Origin: Anaerolineae bacterium
GTDB taxonomy: Bacteria > Chloroflexota > Anaerolineae > S140-20
DNA: 64,000 bases
Assembly: GCA_027021705.1 (NCBI GenBank)
Contig: JALUTT010000048.1
Location: forward strand, 1 to 64,000
Reading direction: 5' to 3'
The notes under the pieces are model-generated. The model was not told the origin of the DNA, ran no database searches, and worked only from the letters and a program-made list of their open reading frames with translations. Position 1 is the first letter of the stretch, and every line of letters begins with the position of its first letter. This document shows, piece by piece, positions 1 through 11,302 of this stretch. The position numbers and the translations under genes are program-made.

Positions 1-1
1 G

Positions 2-118
2 TGCCCGCTGGAGTTGGCCGGCTACGACATCAGCCAGGTGCCGATGGCTTCCCTTTGCGCCGGCCTGAGCGTTGTCTGGCCTTTGGAGGCAACTCAGAAT
101 GATGTCCCAAACTCGTGA
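2..118 (+). CDS. 3' end of a gene entering the window (CPLELAGYDISQVPMASLCAGLSVVWPLEATQNDVPNS*); unknown, possibly a transposase C-terminus
   Basis: Open frame from position 2 to TGA at 116-118; product guess is a weak resemblance only. Confidence 0.35.
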   Translation, partial: CPLELAGYDISQVPMASLCAGLSVVWPLEATQNDVPNS

Positions 119-155
119 CGGTCGCGGAAGCTCCCTTTTTCAAATTTCCACAACG

Positions 156-164
156 TGCTATAAT
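156..164 (+). promoter_or_regulatory. extended -10 promoter element (TGcTATAAT) upstream of the SARP-type regulator
   Basis: tgctataat about 150 bp upstream of ATG 313 in an AT-richer patch. Confidence 0.55.
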
Positions 165-312
165 GGCTTTATCTGCCAGGGAGGGGAGCTCCTGCGACTC
201 ACACCCCGTGCTTCCTCACCAGAGTGTGGTCAGGACGGGCTAGTGGGGGGCGGTCTGCAGACCGCCCGTCCACCACCCAGCAGATTCCGGTGATCTTCGG
301 AAGAGTTTACCT

Positions 313-3300
313 ATGACGACATCGCCACCGCTCCGAATCCGACTCTTCGGTATTCTCGAGGTGGAGTGGCAGGGACACCCCCTGCCCCTCCCCTCGTCGG
401 CAGCAGCGCGTTCCCTGCTAGCTTACCTCTTCCTCCACCACGACCGGCCGACCCCCCGCGATCGGCTGGCGGGCATCTTCTGGCCCGAACGGCCCGATGC
501 CGCGGCCCGCCGGGCCCTCTCCCAGGCCCTCTGGCAGATCCGGCGGACCCTTGGTCCGGCTGCCGGGCGTCTGGAGACCGAGCAGGACACCGTTGCCCTC
601 CTCCTGCTCCCCGACGACTGGCTCGACGTGGAAGCCTTCCGGCAGCTCTGTGCCCGCCGCCTACCGTCCTCCTCCTTGGAAGAGGCCCGCCGACTCCAGG
701 AAGCGATCGCCCTCTACCGGGGCGATCTCTTGGAGGCGATCTACGAGGATTGGGTGCTGCTCGAACGGGAGCGGCTGCGCGAAACCTACCTGGATGCCTT
801 GGAGCGGCTGATCACCCTGCACAAGCAGCGGAAGGACTACGCCCAGGCGCTAGCCTACGCCCAGCAGTTGGTCACCGCCGACCCGCTACGGGAAGAGGCC
901 CACCGAGACCTGATGCGCCTCTACCACCTGGCCGGACGGCCCCAGGCCGCTCTGGAGCAGTACACCCGCTTGCGAGAGCTGCTGAACCGGGAACTGGGCA
1001 TCAAGCCCACGGCAGCAACGACGGCCCTGGCCCAGGAGATCGCCGACCAGGCCGGCCTTGCCCCGCTCCACCTGCCGATGGCCGACACCGCCCCACCCGC
1101 TCCCCTCTTGGAGGAGAGTATCCTCATCCCCTTGGTCGGCCGTCGGGAGGAGCGGGCCACCCTCCTGACCTACCTGGACGCCGCCATCGCCGGTCGCGGA
1201 GGGCTCGTCCTCGTCGAAGGTGAGGCCGGCGTGGGCAAGACTCGTCTGTTGCAAGAGATCGCTCAAGACGCCTCGTGGCGGGGGGTCCAGGTCCTCTGGG
1301 GCCAGAGCCCCGAGACCACCCCTGCCCATCCCTACCACCCTCTGGCGGAGGCGATGCTCGCCGCCCTCTCCCCGCTGCGAGCCGAGCAACTGGCCGCCCT
1401 GGTTGAAGATGTCTGGCTGCGTGAAATCAGCCGGTTGATCCCCCAACTTGCCGTCTGGCTGCCGGACCTCCCTCCACCCATCCCCCTCGAGCCCGGCCAG
1501 GAACAAGCCCGCTTCCTGGAGGCCCTGGCCCGCACCTTCCAGGGGCTGGCCCAGATCGCCCCCCACCTGCTGATCCTGGAGGACCTGCACTGGGCCGACG
1601 AGGATACCTTGGCCGCGCTTACCTACCTGGCCCCCCACCTGGAGGAGAGCCGTCTGTTGATCATCGCCTCCCATCGTCGGGAGGAAGCCTGGGAGGCCCC
1701 CCACCGCTGGCAGGCCCTCCAGGCCCTGGATCAGGCAACAGGGGGCCGGCGGCTGCTCCTGCGTCGCCTCAGCCGGGAGGAGACGACCGAACTGATTCAG
1801 CGCAGCCTGGGCCTCACGGCAACCGCTCCGCTGTTCAGCGAGCGGATCCACCAGGAGAGCGAGGGCAACCCCCTCTTTGTCCTGGAGATCCTGCGGACAC
1901 TCCACGGCGAGGAACTCCTCTATCGGGACGAGACCGGCGCTTGGCACACGCCCTGGGACGAGACCACGACGGACTACGCCGAGATCCCCTTGCCGCCGAC
2001 CATCGAACAGGTGATCCGGCGACGGCTGGCCCGCCTGGACGACGATGCTCGGACCGCCCTCGACGCCGCCGCCGTCCTGGAGCAGGATGCCACCTTCCGC
2101 CTCCTGCTTTCCACCACCAGGATCCCTCAGAGGAGGCTCCTGGCCGCACTGGACGAGCTACGGCAACGCCACCTGTTGGTGGAGACGCCGGCCGGCTACC
2201 GCTTCAGCCACGGGAAGGTCCACCAGGTCGTCTACACCGGGATGGATGAGGAGACCCGGCGCCATCTGCACCGGCGGGCAGCCTTGGCTCTGGAGGCCGC
2301 TGCCCCCCGCCAGACCATGGCCCTCGCTTTCCACTTTGAGCGGGGCGAGATGTGGGCAGAAGCTCTGCAGTACCATCGCCAAGCGGCAGAGCGGGCGGCC
2401 GCCGTCCACGCCCACGCCGTTGCCGCTCGGCACTACGAGCGGTCGCTGGCCCTGGCCGACCGGGTGGGCCTTTCCGACGAGGAGCGATTCAACTTGCTCT
2501 CGGCCTACGAGACCACCTTGAGCGTCCTCGGCCGTCGAAGCGACCAGATGGCCCATCTGGAGACGATGGCCCGCCTGGCCCACGGTGACCTGCGCCGCTT
2601 GACCGATGTGCATAGCCGCCGAGCCTGGGTCCTGGTGCAGACCAGCCGCTATCGGGAGGCCGAGGAAGCGGCCCTGGAAGCGATTCGGCTGGCCCAGGAG
2701 ATCGGCGATCAACAGGCCGAGGCCAGGGCGCACATCGTCCTGGGCACCGCTTTGGGTATCCAGGGGAAACGGGAGCGGGCGGCCGAGCACCTCCAGGCAG
2801 CGATCGAGATCGGCTCCCACTTGGATGACCCGATGGTCGAGGCCGATGCCTACGCCCTCCTGGCCAGCCTCCTCCTCACCGCCAACGAGCACGGACCGGC
2901 CCGCCGCCACGCCGAGACGGCTTTGCGACGCTACGAGGCTCTGGACCACAGGAAGGGTGTGGCCGGCATTCTGAGCACCCTGGGGCGGATTGATGCCCTG
3001 GAGGGCGATCTTTCCCAAGCAGAGGCCTACTACCGGCGCTCCCTGGAGATCTGCCGGGCCATCGGATACCGCCACGGAGAAGCCCGCAATCTGACCAACT
3101 GGGGCCTCATCCTCATCGAGCAGGGTCGGATCGGCCAGGGGCTGCACCTTTACCGGGAAGCGCTCCAGGTTTATCAGAGCATAGGGGACTCGCGCGGTGA
3201 GGCCCTGGTCATGGGCAACCTGGCCGATCTCTACCACCGTTTCCTGGGCGACGACGATCAAGCCGTCCGATACGCGCGGGCAGCCCTCCAACGCTGCGAA

Positions 3301-4182
3301 GCCATCCGTAATCCCGACCGGGGAGACGCCTTGGTGACGTTGGGCCGCGTGGCCTGCCGCCGGGGTGAGTACGACGAGGCCCGCGCTTTGCTGGAGGAGG
3401 GGTTGGCCGCAGCGCAGGCGATGCGCAAGCGTTATGGTGAGGTAGAGGCCTATCGAGCCCTCGCCGCCCTGGCCCTGACCCAGAGCCGCCCTGAGGCTGC
3501 GCTGGAGTGCCTAGAACGGGCCGAAGACCTCTGTCAGCAGGCGGGGCTAGCCCCTCTGGTGGCCAATTTGCTGGCGAAGAAGGGATTGGCCTTGCTGGCC
3601 TTGAACCGCCGGGAAGAAGCGCTGGAGGCCACCGGCCAAGCGATGGCCCGGCTGGGGCCCGGCGTCAGCCAGGGCTACCTGATCCTTTACGCCCACTACC
3701 AGGTGCTGACCGCCCTGGGCCGGTCTCAGGAAGCCCGGGAGGCCATCGCACAGGCCCATCGGATGCTGATGGAGGTCCTGCAGAGCCTCTCCCCTGAAGA
3801 GCGGGAGATGAGCCTGGAGCGGGTGCCAGAGCACCAAGCCATCGTGGCCGCCTGGCGGGCTGCCCAACCCCGGCGCCTCACCTTCCGCCTCCCCCGCGCC
3901 GATGCGCCCACGGGACGCCCCCTTTACGAAGATGAGTGGGTTGAGGTGACCTGGACAGTAGCTGCCCCCGAGGACGAGATGATCCGGGGCAAGGTTGCCC
4001 GCCGCCGCCACCGGCTGCTCCGGTTGCTGCACGAGGCCATCGCTCAAGGTGCCACCCCCACTGTCGGTCATCTGGCCGAAGCGCTCCAGGTCGGCGTGCG
4101 CACGGTGAAGCGCGACCTGGCGGCCCTCCGCGCCGCCGGACACGCCACCCCCACCCGAGGGCACGTGAAGCGGGGGATGTAA
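313..4182 (+). CDS. SARP/AfsR-like regulator: OmpR-type wHTH + BTAD + AAA/STAND ATPase + TPR repeats + C-terminal DUF1670-like HTH
   Basis: N-terminal IRLFG...RDRLAGIFWPE...ALYRGDLL...DPLREEAHRDLMRLY; Walker A GEAGVGKT; Walker B LLILEDLHWAD; GNPLF; TPR helices; tail RRHRLLRLLHEAIAQGATPTVGHLAEALQVGVRTVKRDLAALRAAGHATPTRG. Confidence 0.9.
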   Translation: MTTSPPLRIRLFGILEVEWQGHPLPLPSSAAARSLLAYLFLHHDRPTPRDRLAGIFWPERPDAAARRALSQALWQIRRTLGPAAGRLETEQDTVALLLLPDDWLDVEAFRQLCARRLPSSSLEEARRLQEAIALYRGDLLEAIYEDWVLLERERLRETYLDALERLITLHKQRKDYAQALAYAQQLVTADPLREEAHRDLMRLYHLAGRPQAALEQYTRLRELLNRELGIKPTAATTALAQEIADQAGLAPLHLPMADTAPPAPLLEESILIPLVGRREERATLLTYLDAAIAGRGGLVLVEGEAGVGKTRLLQEIAQDASWRGVQVLWGQSPETTPAHPYHPLAEAMLAALSPLRAEQLAALVEDVWLREISRLIPQLAVWLPDLPPPIPLEPGQEQARFLEALARTFQGLAQIAPHLLILEDLHWADEDTLAALTYLAPHLEESRLLIIASHRREEAWEAPHRWQALQALDQATGGRRLLLRRLSREETTELIQRSLGLTATAPLFSERIHQESEGNPLFVLEILRTLHGEELLYRDETGAWHTPWDETTTDYAEIPLPPTIEQVIRRRLARLDDDARTALDAAAVLEQDATFRLLLSTTRIPQRRLLAALDELRQRHLLVETPAGYRFSHGKVHQVVYTGMDEETRRHLHRRAALALEAAAPRQTMALAFHFERGEMWAEALQYHRQAAERAAAVHAHAVAARHYERSLALADRVGLSDEERFNLLSAYETTLSVLGRRSDQMAHLETMARLAHGDLRRLTDVHSRRAWVLVQTSRYREAEEAALEAIRLAQEIGDQQAEARAHIVLGTALGIQGKRERAAEHLQAAIEIGSHLDDPMVEADAYALLASLLLTANEHGPARRHAETALRRYEALDHRKGVAGILSTLGRIDALEGDLSQAEAYYRRSLEICRAIGYRHGEARNLTNWGLILIEQGRIGQGLHLYREALQVYQSIGDSRGEALVMGNLADLYHRFLGDDDQAVRYARAALQRCEAIRNPDRGDALVTLGRVACRRGEYDEARALLEEGLAAAQAMRKRYGEVEAYRALAALALTQSRPEAALECLERAEDLCQQAGLAPLVANLLAKKGLALLALNRREEALEATGQAMARLGPGVSQGYLILYAHYQVLTALGRSQEAREAIAQAHRMLMEVLQSLSPEEREMSLERVPEHQAIVAAWRAAQPRRLTFRLPRADAPTGRPLYEDEWVEVTWTVAAPEDEMIRGKVARRRHRLLRLLHEAIAQGATPTVGHLAEALQVGVRTVKRDLAALRAAGHATPTRGHVKRGM

Positions 4183-4535
4183 GGGGAGAGGCACTGAGGG
4201 ACGAGGCACCGAGGACTGCCTGACCGACCGCCGACCACCCGACCAAACTGGCCCCAAGGTTTCCCCCTCTCGCTTCCCCCCCAGAGACACTCAAAAGACA
4301 TCTCTGTGGTATGCTGCGGCCATCCTGATGATGCAGCCTCTGTCCAGATCACGGAGGTTGACACGGTGTACGTCAGGGATGGCCATCCCGTCGTTGCTAC
4401 GCTCGCTCCCGCCGCCACTACCCTGGTCCGCACGATGCGGGTGCAGAGCCCTCAACGGCAGCCCGCGCGGAAGCGAGTGAGACGGTTTATCGGCAGAAAC
4501 CTACCACGTCCCGAATCCTGAAGAGAGGGAGGCCC

Positions 4536-4742
4536 GTGATCGAGGCACGACGGCGAAGTGACTCCTTTGTTCTGCGCATTTGGTGGGAGGAAGAGGAACG
4601 AACGTGGCGAGGATGGGTGCAGCATGCCGGCACGGGCCAGATCACCTACGTGCAGAGTCTGGGAGAGTTGCTGGCCTTCATCCAGCAGTACACCGGCGAT
4701 CTCACGACCAACCCCCGGATCCCGGAGGAGGATGATCGCTGA
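4536..4742 (+). CDS. small hypothetical protein (SFVLRIWWE...WRGWVQH...LLAFI type)
   Basis: GTG start with GGGAGG RBS; motif pattern I associate with small Chloroflexota proteins near BTAD regulators. Confidence 0.7.
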   Translation: MIEARRRSDSFVLRIWWEEEERTWRGWVQHAGTGQITYVQSLGELLAFIQQYTGDLTTNPRIPEEDDR

Positions 4743-4814
4743 GACGACGGACGGTTGACCGTTCTACGGCAGAGATTCCAATCGCGTATGCTGATGACTA
4801 CAGGAGGAGTAACG

Positions 4815-6803
4815 ATGTACGGCAAGAGAAAGATCGGGGTTATCGTTCTGACGTTGCTGGCTGTGTTGGTCTCCGCCTGCGGTGGAGGAGGTGCCCAGCC
4901 TCCCACACCGACGACGGCTCCCACAGCCGCCGTCCAGCCTTCGCCGACGGTACCACCGACCCCGACGGTGCCGCCGGCATCTCCCACACCGGCTCCAACC
5001 CCCACACCGGCCGAGCGATCTGTCCGGGTAGATGCCCTCGCCTTCGCCCAGGGGACCCAGGGGGCCTATGGGGTGACCACCCCCACCCGCATCCAGATCC
5101 GCCCGGCCGCCCAGCCAGGTGAGTTGCGCGTTGGCTTCTTCGAAGAGGAAGTGGGCGGCATCGGTCCTCAGTGGCACGCCTCAGGTTGGATCGCCGTCCT
5201 GTTGGGATCAATGCTGGAGGGTGTGGACCCCACCGACTACGAATTCTCCTTCAGCGTCGGGGGGTACATTGATGGCCCTAGCGCCGGGGCTCTGATGACC
5301 GTCGGGGTGCTGGCTGCTCTGCGGGGTGACACGGTCCGCGAGGATGCCTCGATGACCGGCACCATCAACCCCGATGGGACCGTCGGCCCTGTCGGCGGCA
5401 TCCCCCACAAGCTCCAGGGGGCTGCAGAGGCGGGCAAGAAGCTGGTCCTGGTCCCCGTCGGTCAGCGTTACGACTACGACTACAACCAGCAACAGTACGT
5501 AGACCTGGTAGACGTGGGCAGGCAGCTGGGCATCGAGGTGCGGGAGGTGAGCAACATCTACGAAGCCTACGAACTGCTCACCGGCTCCCCCCTTCCCCGC
5601 CCCCAGGTTTCGACCAGCACGCCGGCCTTCCCCCAGCAGGCCTACAACCGGCTGGAAGCCAAGGCTAAGGAGTGGTACAGCCGCTATCAGAAGGCCCGTA
5701 ACGAGTTCCTGGCCTTCCCTGAGGAGATTCAGCAGGTGCTGGCTGACCAAGTGCTGGAGGCCGACCAGGTAGCCGGTGAGGCCGATCAGGCGCTGGGACA
5801 GGGGCTGGCAGCCGTCGCCTACAGCAAGGCCGAAGAGGCGGCTTCGATGATGGAGCAGGCTAACCTGACCGCCGGCATCCTGGAACGCTACCTCACCGGC
5901 GGCCTGAACGACGCCGTGGACTACCTCCAGGCGACGATGGCGGTGGAGACGGAACTGAGCGCTGTGGTGGACTTGCTGCAGGCGGAGTCGCCCCGCACGG
6001 TGAGCGATCAACTGGCCCTCTTCGACGCTTACAGCGAGATCGGCATCGCCGAGGGGCTGCGGCTGGTGGGCAACAGCATCGTCAACGACCTGATCCAGAA
6101 CGCCGGCTACTACTCCGAGGAGGAGCTGGTGACGAAACTGGCCACCGCAGCGGCCTACTACACGCTGGCCAGCGACTTCGTCCAACTCGCTCGGGATGCT
6201 GTGGACATCGGAATGGGCTTCGGCTCGGCCCCCGCCGTGGAGCCGGAGAAGGCGATGCGGATCGCCGAGACGATGCGTCGGGCGGCGGAGGCGAACATGG
6301 CCCTCTTCGAGTCCACCATCGTCGAGCCCTGGGCCCAGCAGTACGGGCTGAGCCTGGACACCGCCAAAGGGGTCTGGCAGAACGCAGAGATCTACTACCT
6401 GCTGGCGGAGGCTGCTCGGCTGGGCATCAACACGCTGGGTCAGCAGGTGGGGAGCGGCCCCGAGTCGGCCGGGCTGGTCTTCGGCCACTCCCAGAGCGCC
6501 TACACCCTCTCCGCTATGCTCATCGCCAAGCACTACTCGCTGGGGGCCCAGGTGGATCAGGACTTGAACATCGTGGGCTACCAGAACGAGAAGGCGCTGG
6601 CGGAGATGCTGGACTTCGCCGATCGGCGGGCGCGGGAGCTGATCAACCTGGCCGGTGACAATGCGTCCATCTCAGCTCTCTTCTACTACGAGAACGCCCG
6701 GATGCTGCGCCAGGGAGATGCCGACGACCAGATGACGGCGCTGTCCTACTACTGGCAGGCCGCTCTCTTGGCTCAGTTGGGCGCCTATATGGCGGGGAAG
6801 TAG
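4815..6803 (+). CDS. lipoprotein with S16 (Lon-C type) Ser-Lys protease domain and long helical C-terminus
   Basis: AGGAGG RBS before ATG 4815; lipobox LVSAC; Pro/Thr linker; IDGPSAG (Ser), MTGTINPDGTVGPVGGIPHK (Lys); no AAA domain. Confidence 0.88.
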   Translation: MYGKRKIGVIVLTLLAVLVSACGGGGAQPPTPTTAPTAAVQPSPTVPPTPTVPPASPTPAPTPTPAERSVRVDALAFAQGTQGAYGVTTPTRIQIRPAAQPGELRVGFFEEEVGGIGPQWHASGWIAVLLGSMLEGVDPTDYEFSFSVGGYIDGPSAGALMTVGVLAALRGDTVREDASMTGTINPDGTVGPVGGIPHKLQGAAEAGKKLVLVPVGQRYDYDYNQQQYVDLVDVGRQLGIEVREVSNIYEAYELLTGSPLPRPQVSTSTPAFPQQAYNRLEAKAKEWYSRYQKARNEFLAFPEEIQQVLADQVLEADQVAGEADQALGQGLAAVAYSKAEEAASMMEQANLTAGILERYLTGGLNDAVDYLQATMAVETELSAVVDLLQAESPRTVSDQLALFDAYSEIGIAEGLRLVGNSIVNDLIQNAGYYSEEELVTKLATAAAYYTLASDFVQLARDAVDIGMGFGSAPAVEPEKAMRIAETMRRAAEANMALFESTIVEPWAQQYGLSLDTAKGVWQNAEIYYLLAEAARLGINTLGQQVGSGPESAGLVFGHSQSAYTLSAMLIAKHYSLGAQVDQDLNIVGYQNEKALAEMLDFADRRARELINLAGDNASISALFYYENARMLRQGDADDQMTALSYYWQAALLAQLGAYMAGK

Positions 6804-6826
6804 GCCAAACCGCTTCTCCGGGAATC

Positions 6827-6874
6827 AGGGATACAGGACGCCGGCTCGGGAGACGGGCTGGCTCCTGTATCCCT
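6827..6874. terminator. intergenic stem-loop after the protease gene
   Basis: agggatacagga ... tcctgtatccct inverted repeat; no U-tract. Confidence 0.5.
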
Positions 6875-6926
6875 ACGAATGGCAAGCTGTGAATTGCAAA
6901 TGACAAATGGCAACCGAGGAAGTACG

Positions 6927-9893
6927 ATGATGCGTGCTCCGATGCGTTCCTTATTGGTAGTCCTAGGGGTTGGTTTGGGATTGGTTCTCTGGCTGCTGGT
7001 GAATCTAAGCAGGGGAAGCGCCCCGGTCTCCCTGGCCGCCCCGACGGCCACGACCTGGTACGTCTCCCCGGCGGGGGACGACAACAACGACTGCCAGACG
7101 CCGGCGACGGCCTGCAAGACGGTCAACGCAGCGGTGGGCAAAGCCTCCGACGGGGACACGATCCAGATCGCCGCCGGCACCTACGTCGAATCCTCGACGA
7201 TCAACCTGGGCGCCTACCTCACGCTCCAGGGGGCCGGGGCCGGTCAGACGATCCTGGACGGCGGCGGCAGCCAACGGGTGTTCTCCGTGGCCAGCGGCGC
7301 CATCGTTACCATGACCGCCCTCACCATCCGCAACGGCAAGGACAATTACGGTGGCGGCGGCATTAGCAACGACGGCACGCTCATCCTGGAGGACGCCGAG
7401 GTCGTCAGCAACACGGCCAGCTATGGTGGGGGGATCTACAACAACGGCGTGCTCACCCTCACCCGGACCACCGTGGCCTCCAACCAAAGCGATCAAGGAG
7501 GAGGCATTTATCACGAAAGCGGAGCGCGCCTGGTCATTCGTGAGAGCACCATCCGGGACAACGCGGCGACCAACGGCGGATCGGGGGGAGGTCTGTTCGT
7601 GAACGGCGGAACCGCCACCGTCGAGAGGAGCACCATCAGCGGCAACCAGGCGGATGACCAGAGCGGGGCGTTCCACGTGCAGGGCAGCGCCACGGTCACC
7701 CTCACCAACACCACCGTGAGCGGCAACCAGACGCTCGGTTCGCTTGCGAACGCTATCTATATCGTCAGCGGCTCCACCGTGAAGCTGTTCAACAGCACGG
7801 TGGCCAACAACAGCCAACCGGGGGCAGCTTTCGAGAACACTTACGGGACGCTGATCGTCCAAAACAGCATTCTGGCCAACGCCTCGAACTGCTCCTCCGG
7901 GGCGACCAGCCTGGGGAACAACCTGGCCGACGACACCTCGTGCAATTTGACCCAGAGCACCGACCAGGAGTCCACCGATCCCAAGCTCGGCCCGCTGGCC
8001 GACAACGGCGGGCCCACCCTCACCCACGCCCTGCTCTCCGGCAGCCCGGCCATTGACGCGGGCAACAACGCCGCCTGCCCGGCCACGGACCAGCGGGGCT
8101 ACAGCCGGCCCTACGACGGGAACAACGACGGCACGGCCACCTGCGACATCGGGGCCTTCGAGTTCCGCCACCAGCTCGCCATCGCCGACACCACGGTGAC
8201 CGAAGGGGACAGCGGCACCGTCTCGGCCGTCTTCACCGTCACCCTCTCCCCCACCCGCACCCAGGCGGTCACCGTGACCTACGCCACGGCCGACGGCACG
8301 GCCACGGCCGGCCAGGATTACACGGCGGCCAGCGGTACCCTCGTCTTCAACCCCGGCGAGGCGAGCAAGTCCATCACCGTCGCCGTCCTGGGGGACACCA
8401 CGGATGAGCCCAACGAGACCTTCACCGTCACCCTGAGCAACGCTCAGGGGGCCGACATCGTGGACGCCCAGGGTGTGGGCACCATCGTGGACGACGACGG
8501 CCTGCCCTCGCTGACCATCAACGACGCCACGGTGACCGAGGGGGACAGCGGCACGGTCAACGCCGTCTTCACGGTGACCCTCAGCCCGGCCAGCGGCAGC
8601 CTCGTCACGGTGGACTACGCCACGGCCGACGGCACGGCGACGGCCGGCCAGGACTACACGGCGACCAGCGGTACCCTCGTCTTCAATCCCGGCGAGACGA
8701 GCAAGACCATCACCGTCACCGTCCAGGGGGATCAAGTGGACGAGGGCAGCGCCGAGACCTTCACCGTCACCCTGAGCAACGCCCAGAACGCCACCATCTA
8801 CGACGGCCAGGGCGTGGGCACCATCACCGACGACGACACGGCCACCCTGTCGGTGAACGACCCGGCTCCCGTGACCGAGGGGGACAGCGGCACCAGGCCG
8901 GTCTCCTTCGAGGTGACGCTCTCCACCCCCAGCGCCTTCACCGTCACGGTGGACTACGCGACTTCGGACAACACCGCCACGGCGGGCGAGGACTACATCA
9001 CGGCCACGGGCACGCTCACCTTCACGCCGGGCATGACCCGCACGACGGTGACCGTCCAGATCATCGGCGACACAGTAGACGAACCGGACGAGGCCTTCTA
9101 CTTATACCTGAGCAACGCCCAGAACGCCGGTATCCAGGATAACTCCGGCACAGCCTACATCACCGACGACGACGGGCTCCCGACCCTCTCCCTCTACCCG
9201 CCGCTATCGCAAAACGAGGGGGACAGCGGTACCTATACCGTCGCCTTCAACGTGCTGCTCTCGCCGGCCAGCGGCCAAGTTGTCACGGTGGACTATACCG
9301 TGACCGACGGCACGGCCAAGGCCGGCGAGGACTACACCGTCGCCAGCAGCAGCGGCACACTGACCTTCAACCCGGGTGAGACGTCCCGGTCCATCACCAT
9401 CACCGTGATCGGGGACCTCGACGTCGAGCCGGACGAGACCCTCACCGTGACGCTGAGCAACCCGGTGAACGCCAACTTAGACGCTGCGCCTTCGGCGAGC
9501 TTCACCATCCTCAACGACGACGGGGCGGTCCCCAAACTGGTGATCGGCGACGCCACGGTGACCGAGGGGGACAGCGGCACGGTCAACGCCGTCTTCACGG
9601 TGACCCTCGGCCCGGCCAGTAGCCAGGTCGTCACGGTGGACTACACCACGGCCGACGGCACGGCCAAAGCCGGCCAGGACTACACGGCGACCAGCGGTAC
9701 GCTGACGTTCAACGCCGGCGAGACGCAGAAGACCATTACCGTCCCGGTCCTCGGCGACACGGCCAGCGAGGGCGATGAGACCTTTACCGTCACCCTCTCC
9801 AATCCCACCAACGCCAACGTCGCCGACGCCTATGGGGTTGGGACGATCCGGGATGACGACTTCGTCGTCTACCTACCGTTGGTGCTCCGATAA
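6927..9893 (+). CDS. secreted beta-helix (choice-of-anchor-Q-like) protein with five Calx-beta repeats and C-terminal VYLPLVLR motif
   Basis: Signal peptide; GGGI.N repeats; [29 protein letters not shown]...CDIGAFE; five EGDSG...GTA..G.DY...GTL.F units. Confidence 0.88.
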   Translation: MMRAPMRSLLVVLGVGLGLVLWLLVNLSRGSAPVSLAAPTATTWYVSPAGDDNNDCQTPATACKTVNAAVGKASDGDTIQIAAGTYVESSTINLGAYLTLQGAGAGQTILDGGGSQRVFSVASGAIVTMTALTIRNGKDNYGGGGISNDGTLILEDAEVVSNTASYGGGIYNNGVLTLTRTTVASNQSDQGGGIYHESGARLVIRESTIRDNAATNGGSGGGLFVNGGTATVERSTISGNQADDQSGAFHVQGSATVTLTNTTVSGNQTLGSLANAIYIVSGSTVKLFNSTVANNSQPGAAFENTYGTLIVQNSILANASNCSSGATSLGNNLADDTSCNLTQSTDQESTDPKLGPLADNGGPTLTHALLSGSPAIDAGNNAACPATDQRGYSRPYDGNNDGTATCDIGAFEFRHQLAIADTTVTEGDSGTVSAVFTVTLSPTRTQAVTVTYATADGTATAGQDYTAASGTLVFNPGEASKSITVAVLGDTTDEPNETFTVTLSNAQGADIVDAQGVGTIVDDDGLPSLTINDATVTEGDSGTVNAVFTVTLSPASGSLVTVDYATADGTATAGQDYTATSGTLVFNPGETSKTITVTVQGDQVDEGSAETFTVTLSNAQNATIYDGQGVGTITDDDTATLSVNDPAPVTEGDSGTRPVSFEVTLSTPSAFTVTVDYATSDNTATAGEDYITATGTLTFTPGMTRTTVTVQIIGDTVDEPDEAFYLYLSNAQNAGIQDNSGTAYITDDDGLPTLSLYPPLSQNEGDSGTYTVAFNVLLSPASGQVVTVDYTVTDGTAKAGEDYTVASSSGTLTFNPGETSRSITITVIGDLDVEPDETLTVTLSNPVNANLDAAPSASFTILNDDGAVPKLVIGDATVTEGDSGTVNAVFTVTLGPASSQVVTVDYTTADGTAKAGQDYTATSGTLTFNAGETQKTITVPVLGDTASEGDETFTVTLSNPTNANVADAYGVGTIRDDDFVVYLPLVLR

Positions 9894-9940
9894 GAGATGG
9901 AGTAGACCGCAGGAGTAAACGAAGCAAACAAGGAGGAAAA

Positions 9941-11257
9941 GTGATGCGACAAAAGCCGTTACGTCATCCGCTGATGGGTATAGGTCTCGCTCTGACTCTG
10001 CTGGCTCTGGTGATTGGGCTCCCCCTGGCCGCCCGTGCCCAGGGGCCGTCGCCCCAGAGCACGGCGGCCGCCCTGGGTACTGCCTTCACCTACCAAGGCC
10101 GGCTGACGAAGAACAATACGCCGGTGAACGGGACCTGCGACTTCCAGTTCAGCCTGTGGGATGCGGCCTCCGGCGGCTCCCAGGTGGGCAGCACCGTGAC
10201 CAAGAGCAGCGTGAACGTGCAGGACGGCATGTTCAGTGCGACCCTCGACTTCGGAAGCAGCGCCTTCACGGGCGACGCTCGCTACCTGCAAGTGGAGGTC
10301 AAGTGCAGCGGCGAGAGTTCCTACACCGACTTGGGGCGCGTGGCGCTGAACGGCACGCCCTACGCCTTGGGGTTGCGGTCGGGCATAACCGTCCAGGGGA
10401 GCGAGAGCGGGCGCGTGTTCGGTGCCATCAACACGGACAGCAGCGGCAGCAACGCCGCTCTCTACGGCGAAGCCACCTCCAGCAGTGGTGCCGGCGTTTC
10501 CGGCTGGAACACGGCCAGCAGCGGCGGCTACGGCGTCTACGGGCGCAACACGGCCAACGCCGGCACGCCCTACGGTGTGTACGGCCTGGCCTCCGGCAGC
10601 TCGGCTACCTCCTACGGTGTCTACGGCAAGAGCGAGAGCTATCTGGGCAGCGGCGTTGGCGGTGAGGGCCACACGGGCGTCTACGGCAAAGCCGCCGGGG
10701 GCACGCTCATCAATCCCAGTTATGGTGTCTATGCAGAGGCGGAGTCGGATTCTTCCGTGAGTTACGCCATCTATTCCAAAGGGGATACCCACGTGGACGG
10801 TCTCCTTACCTGGAAGCCCATCACCGGTTACCTCTCCATTCCGGCGGCGGCGTTCGTGCCGGCGGACAACTACAGCAGCAACACTCTGAACAGCGGCGCG
10901 TTCATTCGCCCAAACGGGACGCTTCCCGAAAATGTCTACGCCGCTGTTCACCTGCCTCACAACGCCAGGATCACCAAGATGACCGCCCATTGGAAGGACA
11001 ACGATCCCAACAACGATGGGACAATCACGCTGTACCGCTCCACTTCTGCCGGCTCCTTGGCCCAGATCGCCCAAGTGTCCACCAGCGGGAGCAGCGGTAA
11101 CGGGTCGTCCACCGATTCAAACGTCAATGCCAGCTACGCCCAGGTAGACAACGCCAACTTCTTGTATTACGTGAACGCCTATCTGCCTACCGATGGCACC
11201 AATTACGTGGGCCTCTACGGTGTGATCATCGAGTACACCATTGGCCAACCGCACTAG
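9941..11257 (+). CDS. secreted fibre-like protein, N-terminal FTYQGRL domain plus YGVYG repeats
   Basis: AGGAGG RBS; signal peptide ending [16 protein letters not shown]; repeated YGVYG strands. Confidence 0.8.
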   Translation: MMRQKPLRHPLMGIGLALTLLALVIGLPLAARAQGPSPQSTAAALGTAFTYQGRLTKNNTPVNGTCDFQFSLWDAASGGSQVGSTVTKSSVNVQDGMFSATLDFGSSAFTGDARYLQVEVKCSGESSYTDLGRVALNGTPYALGLRSGITVQGSESGRVFGAINTDSSGSNAALYGEATSSSGAGVSGWNTASSGGYGVYGRNTANAGTPYGVYGLASGSSATSYGVYGKSESYLGSGVGGEGHTGVYGKAAGGTLINPSYGVYAEAESDSSVSYAIYSKGDTHVDGLLTWKPITGYLSIPAAAFVPADNYSSNTLNSGAFIRPNGTLPENVYAAVHLPHNARITKMTAHWKDNDPNNDGTITLYRSTSAGSLAQIAQVSTSGSSGNGSSTDSNVNASYAQVDNANFLYYVNAYLPTDGTNYVGLYGVIIEYTIGQPH

Positions 11258-11264
11258 CCGTTCG

Positions 11265-11292
11265 GACGTTGGCTGCCCCGGCAGCCAACGTC
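11265..11292. terminator. stem-loop after fibre gene
   Basis: gacgttggctgcc-cc-ggcagccaacgtc. Confidence 0.55.
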
Positions 11293-11302
11293 TCCTGGCC
11301 GG

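Noticed and set aside
4187..4245. SARP heptamer binding repeats
   Set aside because: GAGGCAC copies are not at the 11-bp spacing typical of SARP sites; looks like a degenerate short tandem repeat
4306..4521. 71-aa ORF between regulator and small protein
   Set aside because: No RBS or recognisable motif
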